From contig CM052816.1 in assembly GCA_028534125.1 (NCBI GenBank), forward strand, positions 2,668,001 to 2,732,000: 64,000 bases of DNA, given 5' to 3'. The position numbers and the translations under genes are program-made. The stretch is from Lama glama. Its lineage: Eukaryota. Within the stretch, counting starts at the first letter, position 1. Each line of letters opens with the position of its first letter. This document shows, in pieces, positions 12,917 through 25,600 of this stretch. The notes beneath the pieces were generated by a model that worked only from the letters and a program-made list of their open reading frames with translations, was not told where the DNA came from and did no database searches.

Positions 12917-15900
12917 GAACAAGGGCAATAACACAAATCAGTTACATATTAGTAGATATTAACCCAACTATATCAATAATCACTTTAAATGTAAATGGTC
13001 TAAATACACCAAATAAAAGACAGAGACTATTGGAGTAGATTAACACAAAACTCATTTATCTTGTTTCTTGTTGTGTACAGGAAATCCATTTGAAAGATAA
13101 AGACAAAGATGAAGCATAAAGGGATAAAGAAAAGACAAACCACGCTAACTCAAATCAAAGGAAAGCTACAGTAGCTCTATTAATTCCAGACAAGGTAGAC
13201 TTCAGAGCAAGGGATATTACCAGAAATAAAAGGAGTATTAGATAATGCTAAAGAAGTCAGTATTCCATAAAGCGTAGCAATCCTTAATGAGTATGCATCA
13301 CATAACAGAGTGTCAAAATGTAGGAAGTGAAAACTGATAGAACTGCAAAGAGAAACAGACATATCCACTATTGTGTTTGGAGATTTCAATACAACTTCTT
13401 AACAACTGACAGATCCAGGAGGCACAGTATCTGTGACAGCAGAGGTGAACGGCACAAGATCATCAGTCAAGAGGATCTGACATTTGTAGAAGACTTCCCC
13501 AACAACAGCAGAAGACACATTCTTCTTTAGCACATATGCAACATTCACTAAAACAGACCGCATTATGGGCCATAATACACACCTTAACAAATTTAAAAGA
13601 ATACAAATTAAACAAAGACCACAATGGACTTAACCTAGAAATCAGTAACAAAAAGACACTGGAAAATTATAAAATATTTGGAAACTAAACAACATACTCC
13701 TAAATAACACATGGGTCAAAGAATAAGTATCAAAAGGAATTTTAAAATGCACAGAATTACATGAAAATACAAATTATCAAAATCTGTGGATGTAGTAAAA
13801 GTAATACTTAGAGGAAATGAGCAACATTGAATGCATATACTAGGTAAAAAAACAAGATCTATAAATCAATCGTCTAAGCTTCCATCTTAGGAAACTACAA
13901 AAAGAAGAGCAAATTAAATCCAAAGTAAATGGAAGAATTAATAAAAATTAGAGCATAAATCAATAAAATTGGAAACAAGAAAATAATAAAATCAATAAAA
14001 CCAAAGCTAGTTTTGGGGGGGGGGGAATCAATACAATTCATAAAGCTCTAGCCAGGCAAATCAAGAAAAAAATAGAAAACATAAATTACTAATACCAGAA
14101 ATAGAATGTGGGCCATCACTATTGATGCCATGGACATTAAAAGGACAATAAAGAAAAATTTTGCAATTCCATGCTGAAAAATGTGGTAACTTAGATGAAA
14201 TGCACCAATTCCTTCAAAGTCACAGTCTATAAATATTCGGCAAAGAAGAAATGGGTGATCAGGAGTATCTGTATGTATGAAGAAACTGAATCCGTAATTA
14301 AGAATCTTCCAAAACAGAAAGCATCAGGCGGCCATTCGCAATTAAATCTTCCAGCAGGTAGGAATACAGTAAACTTCTCCACTTAAGAAATGACATCTAC
14401 AAAAAATCTACAGCCAACGTAATATATAATGTGAGTTTCTAGATACTTTCCCCTAAGAAGACAACAAAGCAATGATGTCCCCTCTCACTACTGCTTTTTA
14501 ATATCTTTCTGCAAGTCCTAGCTCATGTAGTAAGACAAGAAAAGAAATAAAAGGTTTATAGATTGGAAAGGAAGAAATAACACTGTCTTTGTCCACAGAT
14601 AACATGATTGTTTATGTAGAAAATCCCAAATAATCAACAGAAAAACTCCTGGAACTACTAAGTGATTATAGCAAAGTTGCAGGATACAAAATTAATATAC
14701 AGAAGTCAATCACTTTCCCATATACCAGCAGTGAACAATTGAATTTTAAAATTTAAACACAGCATCATTTACATTAGCATGACATTAAATTAGATAACTT
14801 AGGTATAACCATAACAAAATATGTACAAGAACTACAGAAGGAAAATTTAATAACTCTGATGAAAAAAATCAAATATCTAAATAAATGGAGAAATAGTTCA
14901 TGTTCATGTGTAGGAAGACTCACTACTGTTAAGATACCAATTCTTCGCAAATTGATCTAAAGATTCAATGAAATTCCAATAAAATCCTAGTAAGTTACTT
15001 TGTGGATATCAACACAGTTATTCTCAAGTTTACATAAAAAGGCAAAAGATCCGGAATAGCCAACTCATCACTGAAGAAGAAAGTCAGAGGACAGACATTA
15101 CCTAAATTTAAGACTTCACTATAAAACTGAAGTAATTGTGATAGCGTAGTATGGGCAAAAAAAAAAAAAAAAAAAAAGAAATATAGATCATGGAACAGAA
15201 TAGAGCCCAGGAATAGATTCACACAAATGTAACAGTCAGCTGATCTTTGACAAAGGAACAAAGACAACTGAATAATCAAAGGATACTCCCTTCAACAAAT
15301 GATGTTGGAAATAGTAGACAGCCACACAAAAGACATGAATCTAAATTCAGACCTTAGAGCTTTCACAAAAATCAACTCAAAATGGATCATAAACCTAAAT
15401 GTAAAATGCAAAACTATAAAACGTCTCCTGTAAAAACGCAGGAGAAAATCTCAGTTTGGTGAGGAGTTTTTAGATAGAAAACCAAAAACACAATCCATGA
15501 AAGAAAAAATGATGTACTTTATTCAAATTAAAAATACCTTCTCTGCAAAAGACATTTATGAAAATGAAAAGGCAAATCACAGACAGAGAAAATTTTGCAA
15601 AACGTATCGGATAAAGGATTTGTATCCAAAATACACTAAGAACACTTAAAACTCAACAATAAGGAAACAGCCAGATTTTAAAACGATGGAAAGATCTAAA
15701 GAGACACCAAACCAAAGAAGCTAAACAGATGGCAAATAAGCATATGAATCGATGCTCAACACCATAGGTCATTAGGGAGTGCAGATTAAAACAACAATGA
15801 GATACCACCACACAGCTATTAGAATGGCTAATATTTAAAACTCTGACAACACCAAATGCTGGCAAGGAATTCTCATTCATTGCTGGTAGGGATGCAAAAT

Positions 15901-16615
15901 GGTATATCCACTTTGAAAGACAGTTTGGCAATTTCTCATGAATCTAGACAAGCCGTACCCATGACCAAGCGATTGCACTCCTTGGTATGAAACTTAGGAT
16001 CACACAAAAACTTGCACATGAATGTTTACAGCAGTTTTAGTCATAGTTGCCAAAACTTGGATGCAACCAAGATGTCCCTGAACAGGTGAATAAACAAACT
16101 GTGGCACATCCATAGGAATTATTCAGTGATTAAAAAAACAAACACTGAAGAATTCAATATACATCTTGTTATATAAAAGAAGCCAGTCTGAAAAGGCTAC
16201 ATACTGTATGACTCCAACAATGTGACATTCTGGAAAAGGGAAAATTTTAGAGACAGTAAAATGATAAGTAGTTTCCAGGCAGGGCAGGGACAACTAGGCA
16301 GAATACAGGGGATTCTTTGGCCAATTAAATTATTCTGTATGATACTGGAAAGAACACATGATATTATGCATTTTTCAGAACTCACAGAAGTGTATATGAC
16401 ACAAAGGGTGAACCCTAATGTAAACTATGAACTTCTATTAATAATAATATATCAATCTTGGTTCATCAACTGTAACAAATGTTAATAATGGGGAAAATTG
16501 GGGGGCAGGACTAAGCGGAGTATATGGGAATGCTCTGTGCTCTATCTCAGCAGTTCCTACTGAGATTTTCTGTAAACTTAAAATCGTTCTAAATAATAAA
16601 GTACTAATTATTTCT
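12399..16615 (+). mobile_element. Ancient LINE-1 (L1MC1/L1MD-like): ORF1 end, disrupted ORF2, 3'UTR
   Basis: ORF 12739-13038 ends in ISIITLNVNGLNTPNKRQRL, the ORF2p endonuclease N-terminus. RT-region remnant tctttgtccacagataacatgattgtttatgtagaaaatccc (LFADDMIVY-like) at ~14586. L1MC-type 3'UTR gtgaaccctaatgtaaactatgaac...ggttcatcaactgtaacaaatg. Confidence 0.9.
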
Positions 16616-16649
16616 TTTTAAGTAATGAGAGTGTTTTTTGTGTATCTAT

Positions 16650-17530
16650 GTGTAAAGACCTATCAGATGCCTTGGTAAGAGAAAACAAGAGAAGAATAGT
16701 GCCTAAGATTATGTTGCCTTTTATGTAAAAATGGGGGAAGAAATGAGAAAGTATATTCATATTTGCTTGTTTATGCATAAAAAGCTCTGGAGGAATACCT
16801 AGGAAGCAAGTAGCAGTGGCTTCCTGTGGGCTGGCAGTTGAACTGGCTGGATGAGGGACAGTAGTAAGAGTAAATATGTGGATCTTTCATGTGGCTGCAG
16901 CATTATTTTATTTTTTAGCTCTATTTTTGAAAAACAACCCCTTCAGAAGGTTCATCTGAGCTTTAGAAGAAACCTGAACTTAACCATCCTAGAAGTAGCA
17001 TTTTCCTTTAGCACTCTGAATAGCCACTCTGAAATTTACTCTATAGAAACCCTTCCACGTGTGCCCAGGGTGTTCAAAGAAACTACAAAGATATTCATTG
17101 CAGCACTATTTGCAATAGCCACAATTTCGGGAGTATCTAAATATGGATTTACAAGACGAAGTGGCTAAGAGAATTTTAATACAGAACTACCAGGAATCGC
17201 AAAGCATCAGTTAAAAAGAATGAAGTAAGCCTGAACGCACGGACGTGGAAAATATCCATGATGTATTGTTAAGGCAAAAAAATAAAGTTGCAGAAAAATG
17301 TGGACAGAAATGTTTAAAGTATAACGTAATTTTGTTTGTAAGTGTAATAAAGAAAGATCTGGAAGGATACGTAACAAGCTGAAAACAGTGCTTACCTCGG
17401 GGGAACTATGCAGGATTTTAAGGGTAAGAGGGGAGAGGTTTATTTTTCACTCTTTCTACTTTCTATTGTTTGACTTTTTTCTTCTGCAACTATGAGGTAT
17501 TGCTTTTTTATACATGAATAAAAAATATAA
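16650..17530 (+). mobile_element. Two highly diverged L1ME-type 3' fragments (~16650-16830 and ~17010-17530)
   Basis: atatttgcttgtttatgcataaaaagctctggaggaatac; aagatattcattgcagcactatttgcaatagc; gatctggaaggatacgtaacaagctgaaaacagtgcttacctc. Confidence 0.65.
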
Positions 17531-18549
17531 AGAATTTTTTTAAAAACCCACTGGAGTGTTCACATCCAGAAGCAGCAGCCATCTCAGGGGATTGTTCGCC
17601 GCTCCCCCGCTTCATTCCTTTCACGCCAGGAAGGGCTACAGGAACCTCAGTGTTCTCCACAGCGTTGTTAACCGGGGCACTGAATCTAACTTGCCATTCC
17701 CCGTAATTGGATCCTTCCAGTAAAGCTGCCTCAATAAAATGTCCCAAGTGCCACAGCCAAGTGTTTAGCAGGCACACAGGACCCTGGTGGCAGCTCTGGG
17801 GGTGGGGATGGGGGCCGGGGCCTGGGGCCTGGGTCTGAAATGCTGTAGGAGGCATGCATGTACGGCTCGGCAAGCTTAACTAGCAACAGAGGAGCACGTC
17901 TGCATTTTCCATGCAGGCTCAGGGAGACTTGTTTGCAAGGCTCGGGGTCCCTGGTGAGCAGTTTTCTGAGGCTTCAGTTACAGCACAATTGCAAAAGTAT
18001 TAATGCAATGAGACTTTCGCATAACTACATTAGGAAAGGGGGAAATTAACTCAGTGCTTTCTCCAGCAGGCATTCACAGATGCTAATAATGAATATATCT
18101 CAAGAAGGAAGTGATTGTTGATAATTATCCCCCAAAATGCCACCTCGTGTGATGCCTGAAATGATTCGCAGAGAAAGGCCTACAACTTTGTTTGCTTCAT
18201 CTGCAAGTTCGGTGTAGATGCCATTCAGATGGCCTTTCCTTTTATTGTTTCATCTCCCGGAGGCCCTAAACTCCCTTATGATCTAGGAAACAAGCTCTCT
18301 ACCTTGGTCATTTTTGTGTTAAGTTTTCAAAGCCCAAGAGCTGAATCCAGATGTAGCCTTTTAAGTCATACGAGCTTGGAGTCGCAGACTGTGCTTAATG
18401 CTTGTCTGTCTCACTTCCCCTTGTTCACAAGAAGGGAAGGGAGGACTTCAAGGGTGAAATTACACAGAAGTGTCAGGCGCAGAGTTGAGACTGAGCTCAG
18501 GCCTCCCGAATTTTACTACAGGTTTCTGGAGTCATGTGCTCTTTTATTC

Positions 18550-19497
18550 ATACCTTCATTCAACAAACATTTATTATATACAAAAGAAAAATAGCATTAT
18601 GGTTTAAAATGCCAACTTTGGAACCAAACTGAGTAGATTTTTCATCTCAGCTGCAATACTTTGTAGCTGTGTGACCTTTATCAAGTCATGTAGCCTCGGT
18701 ACCTCTGCTTCCCTATATTTTGAATGAGAGTAATGGTGGAAGTTACCTCATAAGGTTGTTGAAAAGACTAAAGGATTTAATATACGTGATGAGCTTAAAA
18801 CAGTCCATAGAATGAAAATGGTAGCCACTATTGTTGTTAGCCTTATTCTTATTTTTATCATTCTTATCACAACGCACCGAGCACTGTGCTGTGGACTTGG
18901 AACACGAGCTACACAGTCCACAACGATGAAGAAAAAAACAAAAAAAGAATCAGGGCCTCGTTCCGCAAAATGTACAAAGGTGGGGGGGAGAAAGATCACA
19001 AAGATCACAAAAACAAATGTGAGGCTGCCAATTGAGATTGGTGCTTCAAATGAGATGCGTGTGATGTCTCTGGGAAGGGAACTGGAGAGGTGGAGGGGGA
19101 GAAAGTTGGGACTTAACCTAGCAAGGATGGTCAGACAAGGCCTATCTGGGGAAGTGATACAGTTCTGAGGTGTAATGAAAAAAACTAGGTAAAATTGGAA
19201 AGGAAGAGTCTTTAGAGTGAAGGAAAAGAATGTGCACACGCCCCTTGGTAGCTGGAGCACTGTACCTCCATGGGCCTACAAAACTGAAGTGTGGCTGGAG
19301 TATATATCAAAGGCAGGGCAAGATGAGGTTGAATCCTGGTAAATGACACATCTTCTGGGGCCTTGCAGGCACTTTAATGGGCTCACCATTATCCTAGTTG
19401 CAACAGGAAGCCACGGAAGAGTTGTAAGCAGGGGAGTGCCATGATCAGATTTCCATTTGGAAACCACCACTCTGGCTGCTAAATGAAGAATGGACTC
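18550..19497 (-). mobile_element. LINE-2 fragment interrupted by a MIR
   Basis: ttcattcaacaaacatttatt (L2 tail, reverse complement) at ~18555. It resumes at ~18875 and runs to gtaagcaggggagtgccatgatcagatttccatttggaaaccaccactctggctgc. Confidence 0.8.
18590..18865 (+). mobile_element. Near full-length MIR nested in L2
   Basis: tagcattatggtttaaaatgccaactttggaaccaaac...tagctgtgtgacctttatcaagtcatgtagcctc...tacctcataaggttgttgaaaagactaaagg. Confidence 0.8.
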
Positions 19498-19830
19498 AAG
19501 AAATGATCCTTCTTGAGTATCCAATGTCTCTCCCTGCTGACAGTTATGCCATTGCAAATTAAATGAAAGGCATGCATCCCACAGAAGGAGCCAGTGATCT
19601 TCACAAGAGCTGAAACCAGAGAGAGGTGTGGAGAGTGGGGCGGGAGAATGCCAAATTAGCCGGCTTGCCAATTTGGACAATTACTTAAGTCCCCCTTCTC
19701 TAAGTGCTCACCATATCAAACAACAACAGGAGTCATTTGTTGAAAGCAATAGAAAATGGTTCTGGACAACTACATCAAAAAAGGGACTTGTTAGAAGATG
19801 CAGAGGTGTCTCCAGAAAGGAAAGGTTGAA

Positions 19831-19978
19831 AAACCAAGCTTAAAAGGAGCAGAGTCCCAGCAATTCGAAGCATCTTGGTAGAAGAGCCAACTGAAGTAAC
19901 CTCCAAACCAAGCTTAAAAGGAGCAGAGTCCCAGCAATTCGAAGCATCTTGGTAGAAGAGCCAACTGAAGTAACCTCC
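19831..19978. repeat. Perfect tandem duplication, 2 x 74 bp
   Basis: The unit aaaccaagcttaaaaggagcagagtcccagcaattcgaagcatcttggtagaagagccaactgaagtaacctcc occurs at 19831-19904 and 19905-19978. Confidence 0.97.
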
Positions 19979-20269
19979 ATCTCTCCCTCTCCAAAAAGAA
20001 ATAAGAATGGATGCTTAACAACAACAACAAAAACTTTATAACTTTCTGCCATGTATTCCCTAAACCTGTTTTTACCACGCCAGATTGCAAGCCATCTGAC
20101 CCATCCTCCTAAATGACCCATGTAGGGATACCCCTGTACTTCATCCATCAGCCATGGGCTCCCACTTTATCTCCAAATTTCCATTATGTTTGCTGCCCAC
20201 TGATGGTAAGCACCCTTCTCCGCTTGGATTTTTAAAGACAGTAATCTACCTGCTGCTTTATTTTCAGGG

Positions 20270-20474
20270 CTATGTGGTGGGCTGAGAGGAAGAGCACTGG
20301 GTTTGCACACACAGAACTAGATTCTGGCTTCTGCTCACTACGTAATCTTAAATGAGTCACTTTCTCTCTGCAAGTCTCAGTGTTCTTGTCCATGAAATGG
20401 GGGCAGCAAAAACAGCTACCTCACACATTATGGGACAATCAAAAGAAGTAGTGAATGTGAAAATACTTCTAAAC
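20270..20474 (+). mobile_element. MIR SINE
   Basis: gtcactttctctctgcaagtctcagtgttcttgtccatgaaatggggg...ctacctcacac...gaatgtgaaaatacttct. Confidence 0.7.
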
Positions 20475-20642
20475 CAGTGGTTCTCAACCCTGGTTAGGCA
20501 TCAATATTTTCTCTTGTTTGATTCTTAAAAGACAGATGCCTTTCCCAGGCCTGCTGAATATTTAGGGAGCAACCCCAGGTAGCTGTATTCCTAAGACGTT
20601 TCAAACATGATTCAAATATGCAGCCAGGGTTGAAAATCACTG
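20475..20642. mobile_element. MER5-family hAT-Charlie non-autonomous DNA transposon
   Basis: Terminal inverted repeats cagtggttctcaaccctgg ... ccagggttgaaaatcactg; internal tgattcaaatatgcagccagggttg. Confidence 0.8.
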
Positions 20643-20729
20643 TGAATACACACTCCTGGCCAGCAATCATGACACTTCTGTAGTCTGGCTACCACTGCAT
20701 AGCTCTTCTCCCAGCTTTTATCCATAGGC

Positions 20730-21345
20730 CTCTCCAAACCACCCTCTACTGAGACTGCCCAGGGAGCCTTCGATCAGTGTCAGACGTATCAATGCTTTTG
20801 CTTGAATACTCCCATGTGCCTCTCATCGCTCTTAGGATAAAGAACAGACTCTTTAGCATGACCGAAGGCCCTTCCGGATCTCCTCTGCTGACCTCTGACT
20901 TCAACCCTCTCTCGCGCGCTCCTCTCATTAGGCTCCGCCCCACAGTTCTTTCTGGTTCTCTAACACGCCAAGATCCATTTCCGTGGTGTCCTTTGCATTT
21001 GCTGAGCCTCCTATTCAGAATGTTTTGCTCCAGATCCGAGAACAGCCAGCTTTTCTCAACATTCAGGCCACAGGGGGACCTTCCAGGCCATCCAGTCTCA
21101 ATCATTCCTTCTGCACCTGTCACCCTCCATTGCAGCACTTGATTTGTGTTCTACGAGTCACTTATCACCCTCTGAAATTATTTATCTGTTTTCTTAATTT
21201 ATCCATCTTCCCTAGGTGGACTGCAAGTTCTGTAAGAGAGGGATACTGCGAGTCTAGGCAAGTGCTTTATCCCCAGTCCTAAAAGACTGCCTGGCATCTA
21301 GTTAGGAACTTAATAAATTAATTCAGTAAATGAATAACTAAATGT
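20730..21345 (+). mobile_element. LINE-2 3' fragment
   Basis: ctcatcgctcttaggataaagaacagactctttagcatgacc...ggactgcaagttctgtaagagaggga...tatccccagtcctaaaagactgcctggcatctagttagg...aatgaataa. Confidence 0.85.
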
Positions 21346-22029
21346 ACATTTCATTATCTAAGGCAAAGGGGACCCACATTTTGCCATCCTGCAGTACTTG
21401 AGCCAAACTGTGAAATGACCAGAGTTTTTGCTTTGATTCACCTCCCAACTGCTAAATTGCAGTTCCCCAAATTCACAGCCAAGTAGTATCAGGTGACCAT
21501 AGACCCAAAAAGGTATCATAAAGTGCTTAATACGTTTTCTTCTGGGGCTAAGGCAATGAACTTGATATTTACTGTTTGGCAAAGCCTTTCTGTTTTTCTT
21601 TGTTGGTAGGTGTAAGTTGATTTTTGCAGCCAAAAACACCTCTTTCTGGCTGGCTTCCCCATTTTTCCCCCTTTTACTAGCATACCCCGGAGTAGTATAA
21701 CCAAGCTGAGGTGAGTTATGTGCAGGGAAATGGGCCTTAATGAATAGAAAATCCATGGAATTCATTTGATGTTAGCACATTAACACTCTCTTTGCCAAGT
21801 CTTCCAAATTTCAACTTTCTCCCACAAAAAATAAAAATAGTGGAAGAAGGGTATCTCTCTCAAAAGCCATGATCTTAGAGTAAGATAAGCAATTCTATAC
21901 ATTTTTTTTTAATGCAGTGTGCTCAAAAGCAGTCATCCATCATCAACAAACCCCAGATCCAAATGTCAACGAGCCCCACTGGTACAGCGTACTGGTCAGG
22001 AGCCATGACGTCAGTCATACTTGGGGCTG

Positions 22030-22190
22030 GGGCTTACTGGCTGAGGCCGGGGCAAGAATCTGGACTTTCTCTGATTCCTTATCTGTAAACTAAGGGCAGT
22101 AATAGCACCTACATCATATGGTTAACAAATGTTAGGACGAAATGAGATAGATGTATGTCAGACGTCTGGCCCGCACAGAGTGACAGTCTA
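22030..22190 (+). mobile_element. MIR fragment
   Basis: ttccttatctgtaaactaagggcagtaatagcacctacatcatatgg...ggacgaaatgagatagatgtatg. Confidence 0.7.
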
Positions 22191-22559
22191 TGTAAATCCG
22201 CTAAGAACTCAATTAACTAATTAAATGACATCCCACCCTCCCTACTTCGTGGCCTCCATTTCCCACAATGCCCTTCCACGCTATGCTCATCTTCAAGAAC
22301 AGTGAATATGAAACTGATCTACGCAGAAAGGCTGGTGCGGTGGTGGTTGCGCTCCGGCTTTCCTACGCCCGTTCTCCTGAAAAACAGCAAACGTTTTGGT
22401 ATCACAAAGGCCCTGATGTACTGCATCTCTCCCCCCAGAGATGACACTGTATCCTGTAGGCTGAGTACAGAGTCCAAACAGTCTTGAGAATCTGGTCCTT
22501 TGCCAGGTCCTGGATGTATTACATTAAATAAGACCTGGGCCCTGCCCTGACAGGTCTCA

Positions 22560-22770
22560 CAGGCTCACTTCAAGTCTCAGTTCTGTCACTTACTAGTGAC
22601 AACATGGGCAAGTTACCTGGCCAAATGTCAGCTTTATAAGAACGTCCTTTATGAAAAGCAGAGAGTAGTATCCAGCATCCCATACGCTTAGTGCTAAAGT
22701 AGGACTTAAACAAGATAAAGCCTCTCTAAGGGTCAGAACGCAACCCTGGCCAACCTAAGTGGCTAACTTT
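22560..22770 (+). mobile_element. MIR fragment
   Basis: ttcaagtctcagttctgtcacttactagtgacaacatgggcaagttacctgg. Confidence 0.6.
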
Positions 22771-22789
22771 TAGAAGGTTATCAGGTGAC

Positions 22790-23200
22790 TCAAAGTATCG
22801 GCCCCCAACCTCAAAATCCAGGCATACAAGCCATAGCCAAGTGATCCAGACTGCGTGTAAAAGAAACGCCCAGGGTGGGCACAGCCACTGCTAGGTACCG
22901 GCGCCATCACCGCGGAAAGGTGCAGCCACTGCCACAAGGTGCCACCACCATGAATAACCCCCTCCAAATTTACATCCCAGCTCACAACCCAAAGGCCCAG
23001 GCAGGAACATCCAGCTGGCTGTGCCTAGATCATCAGCCCACTCTCTAGCTGCCAGGGCTTGGTGAGAGCGAAGTCTAGATCCTATCAGCTTCCAACATCA
23101 AAGTGGAAGGCAGAGCACAGCTTTCCTCCAGGACTTACACAGGAGGGAACCCCCCGGAGAAGGGGTGTTTGGGTGCCGAGCATGTCCCCAAACGGCTGAT
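22790..23200. mobile_element. Probable ancient MaLR (MLT1-type) LTR fragment
   Basis: catccagctggctgtgcctagatcatcagcccactctctagctgccaggg...cagcttccaacatc resembles recalled MLT1 LTR sequence. Confidence 0.4.
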
Positions 23201-24799
23201 ACTCCGCAAAGCCTACGAAAGTACTTCGCGCACACTGGATGGTGACATCTTTCTGAATCATGCTAACTGGACAGAGTTCAACTGCTTTTGAGTGGGGGTG
23301 ATTAAGGCTACAGACTTAAGGAGCACATTCATTGTGCTTACAAGAAAGAAGGGTGAATTATCCATATGTGAAAGAGATTTACTGTAAGAGCCTACGGGCA
23401 TTTCCAAGAAAAATTCCAGTAGTTTCCTGCTGTTAGGACAAGGCATTTGTGTAACTTCCACAGGGGGAAAGGGCTCATTGCTTTATGCACTAACAGCAAC
23501 CTGTCATCTCATGACTATTGCTCAGCATTGGAAGTCAGCAGGGAGCTGGTCCTCCAAGATCAGACCTGACCTGCACATCCTCTTACCCAGTACCAGGTAC
23601 TTTCTGAAGGCCCTAGAAAATTCTCAAGCCAATGGTTTCATCCCTAGTTTCCTTCTCTGCCTCAGGAAAAAAAAAAAAACAAAACTGAACTACATGTATG
23701 AATTAAAGGAGAGGGGTATCTTAAACACTACTGGGAATGGCCTTAAAATCTATCCTCACTACATGTATACTGAGTGAAGATGGATTCCCCAACATACTGT
23801 TGGAGAATTTTGGAGGGGAGGACAGGCGAGGGAAGACGTAAGAGCTAGCCTTGGAGCCTGAAGTCTTGCTTGGAGTTTCTCACCACCTCGGCACGCTGCC
23901 CAAAGCACACTTTCTCCCCAAGATCTCAATCCTCCCACCTACCCCTGTATCCCTTTATAATAAGCATCCCAGAGTGCTGTCACTTAATACACATACACAG
24001 GGCTCCCCAGAGCTTGGGAACCTTCTTGCAACTGTCTCCTTGATAGGCATCTACGAAACAAATGAGGAGAAGGGATGTCTAAAGGCTCCATTAACACTGT
24101 TAGGTTAGAAACGCTGACAATAAGTCGATTCTTTTTGACATGACCGTCCTGGTAATGAAGGGACATTTCTACACGACTCCTCCTAATGTAAGATAAGATA
24201 TGGATGGCCTCTGATTCTTTTGACACGTGTCCAGTATATCAAAGAGGTGGCAACTGGTATAAGGAAATAGGTTGTTCCAGGGACATGAGAACAGAAGCCC
24301 TGGTTGGGAGATTAATGATAATGCCACCCTGCGCTTGGGTGTTCTGGCAGCTCACCTGGGAATGAAAGCTGGAATTCCTACAAGAGGGGCTAGAAAACTC
24401 AGGGGCCTCCATCTAACATCCAGATGGAGTTCCCTCATTTGCCCATAATCCTAGAAAACCACAGGGAGGAGAGGAATTGCTCACACTCCGGAATGTCACT
24501 TTTCATCTGCCTCTGGCTGGGTTGTGGGTGGGAGTAATTAGATGGACCTGTTTCTGGCCCATCCACACACACACACACACAAAAAAAAAACCCATCTGCT
24601 GGGATTGGTAGTAGGTAGGGGTCAGGCTGCTGGGACAGGGAAAGCTGACCCACTGGCAGGCAACAGAACAGAGAATTAGGAAGAGTAGTTCAGCCTCTAG
24701 TCTCCTTCCCCAGACACTAGGGCCTGCCCTACGGAGTTCACAGACGGCTTAGAGAGGGTCACGCCTGATGAGTAAAAATGAAACAAAACCACACCCGGC

Positions 24800-25006
24800 C
24801 TGTGTGCTCCCAACTCTCCTACTTTTTCCCTTTTTCCATGGCACTTACCACCTTCTAACATACAATATAACTTACTGCTATGTTATCTTAGGTTCAGCCA
24901 GGCCTCACGGCATGGATCTTTGTTTTGTGTGTCCCAAGTGACCAGAACAGTGCTGGCATGTAACAGGCGCTCAACACAAAACAAATTCGTTGAATAAATG
25001 ACTGAT
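24800..25006 (+). mobile_element. LINE-2 3' end
   Basis: catggcacttaccaccttctaacatac...agaacagtgctggcatgtaacaggcgctcaa...gttgaataaatgactga. Confidence 0.75.
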
Positions 25007-25349
25007 TCAAGACAATTGTGAATAGCCAAATATTTCATTTTAAAAAAACAAAACAAAAACCCTGTAGCCCAGATATCTGTCAGGAGGCCATGAGGTTGTT
25101 TAAAAAAAATAAAAATAAATAAAATAAGTCATTTCAACTTTAACAGTGTCACCATGAATGTGAGCATGTATTATTATTATTAAATAATCCTCATCCAAAA
25201 AATTCAAAGAAAAGCGCAAGCACTTAGGAAAAGGTGAGCATTCTAAGGAAGGTTACTAAAAGCAAAAGATCGATTAAATGCCCTCGGAAAAGCTGCCTCC
25301 GCATTCCCTTGCATTTATTCCCCTCTCAACAATTAATACAGACGGTTGT

Positions 25350-25600
25350 AGTACTAGCGAAAATAAGGACCAGTGTTTATCAGGTCCTGACAATGTCCCA
25401 GGCCTGGGGCAAAACTGTTTAGATACATCACCTCATTTAATTCTCTCGGCAATTTAGTGAAAATTGTACCATGAGGCTCATCCCTGTTTTACTAATGAGG
25501 AAACCGAGTCACAAAGCGACTGAGGGGGTCCCTCAGAATCACACAGTTAATATACAGCAACACTGGGCATTCAAACCCAATTTTTTTTCTGATTCTGGCT
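25350..25600 (-). mobile_element. MIR SINE
   Basis: catcacctcatttaattctc...tccctgttttactaatgaggaaaccgagtcacaaag...tcacacagttaa...ggcattcaaaccca. Confidence 0.75.

Noticed and set aside
12739..13038. ORF ending in ITLNVNGLN (endonuclease motif)
   Set aside because: Degenerate L1 ORF2 start followed almost immediately by a stop codon.
18748..19680. 170, 118 and 134 aa ORFs with hydrophobic stretches
   Set aside because: They lie within MIR and L2 remnants; the hydrophobicity comes from T-rich low-complexity sequence.
19831..19978. Direct repeat considered as a CRISPR-like or minisatellite array
   Set aside because: Only two adjacent copies, no spacers, and a mammalian context.
23984..24226. 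80-aa minus-strand ORF with protein-like composition
   Set aside because: Non-ATG start, no recognisable homology, and no convincing flanking splice signals.
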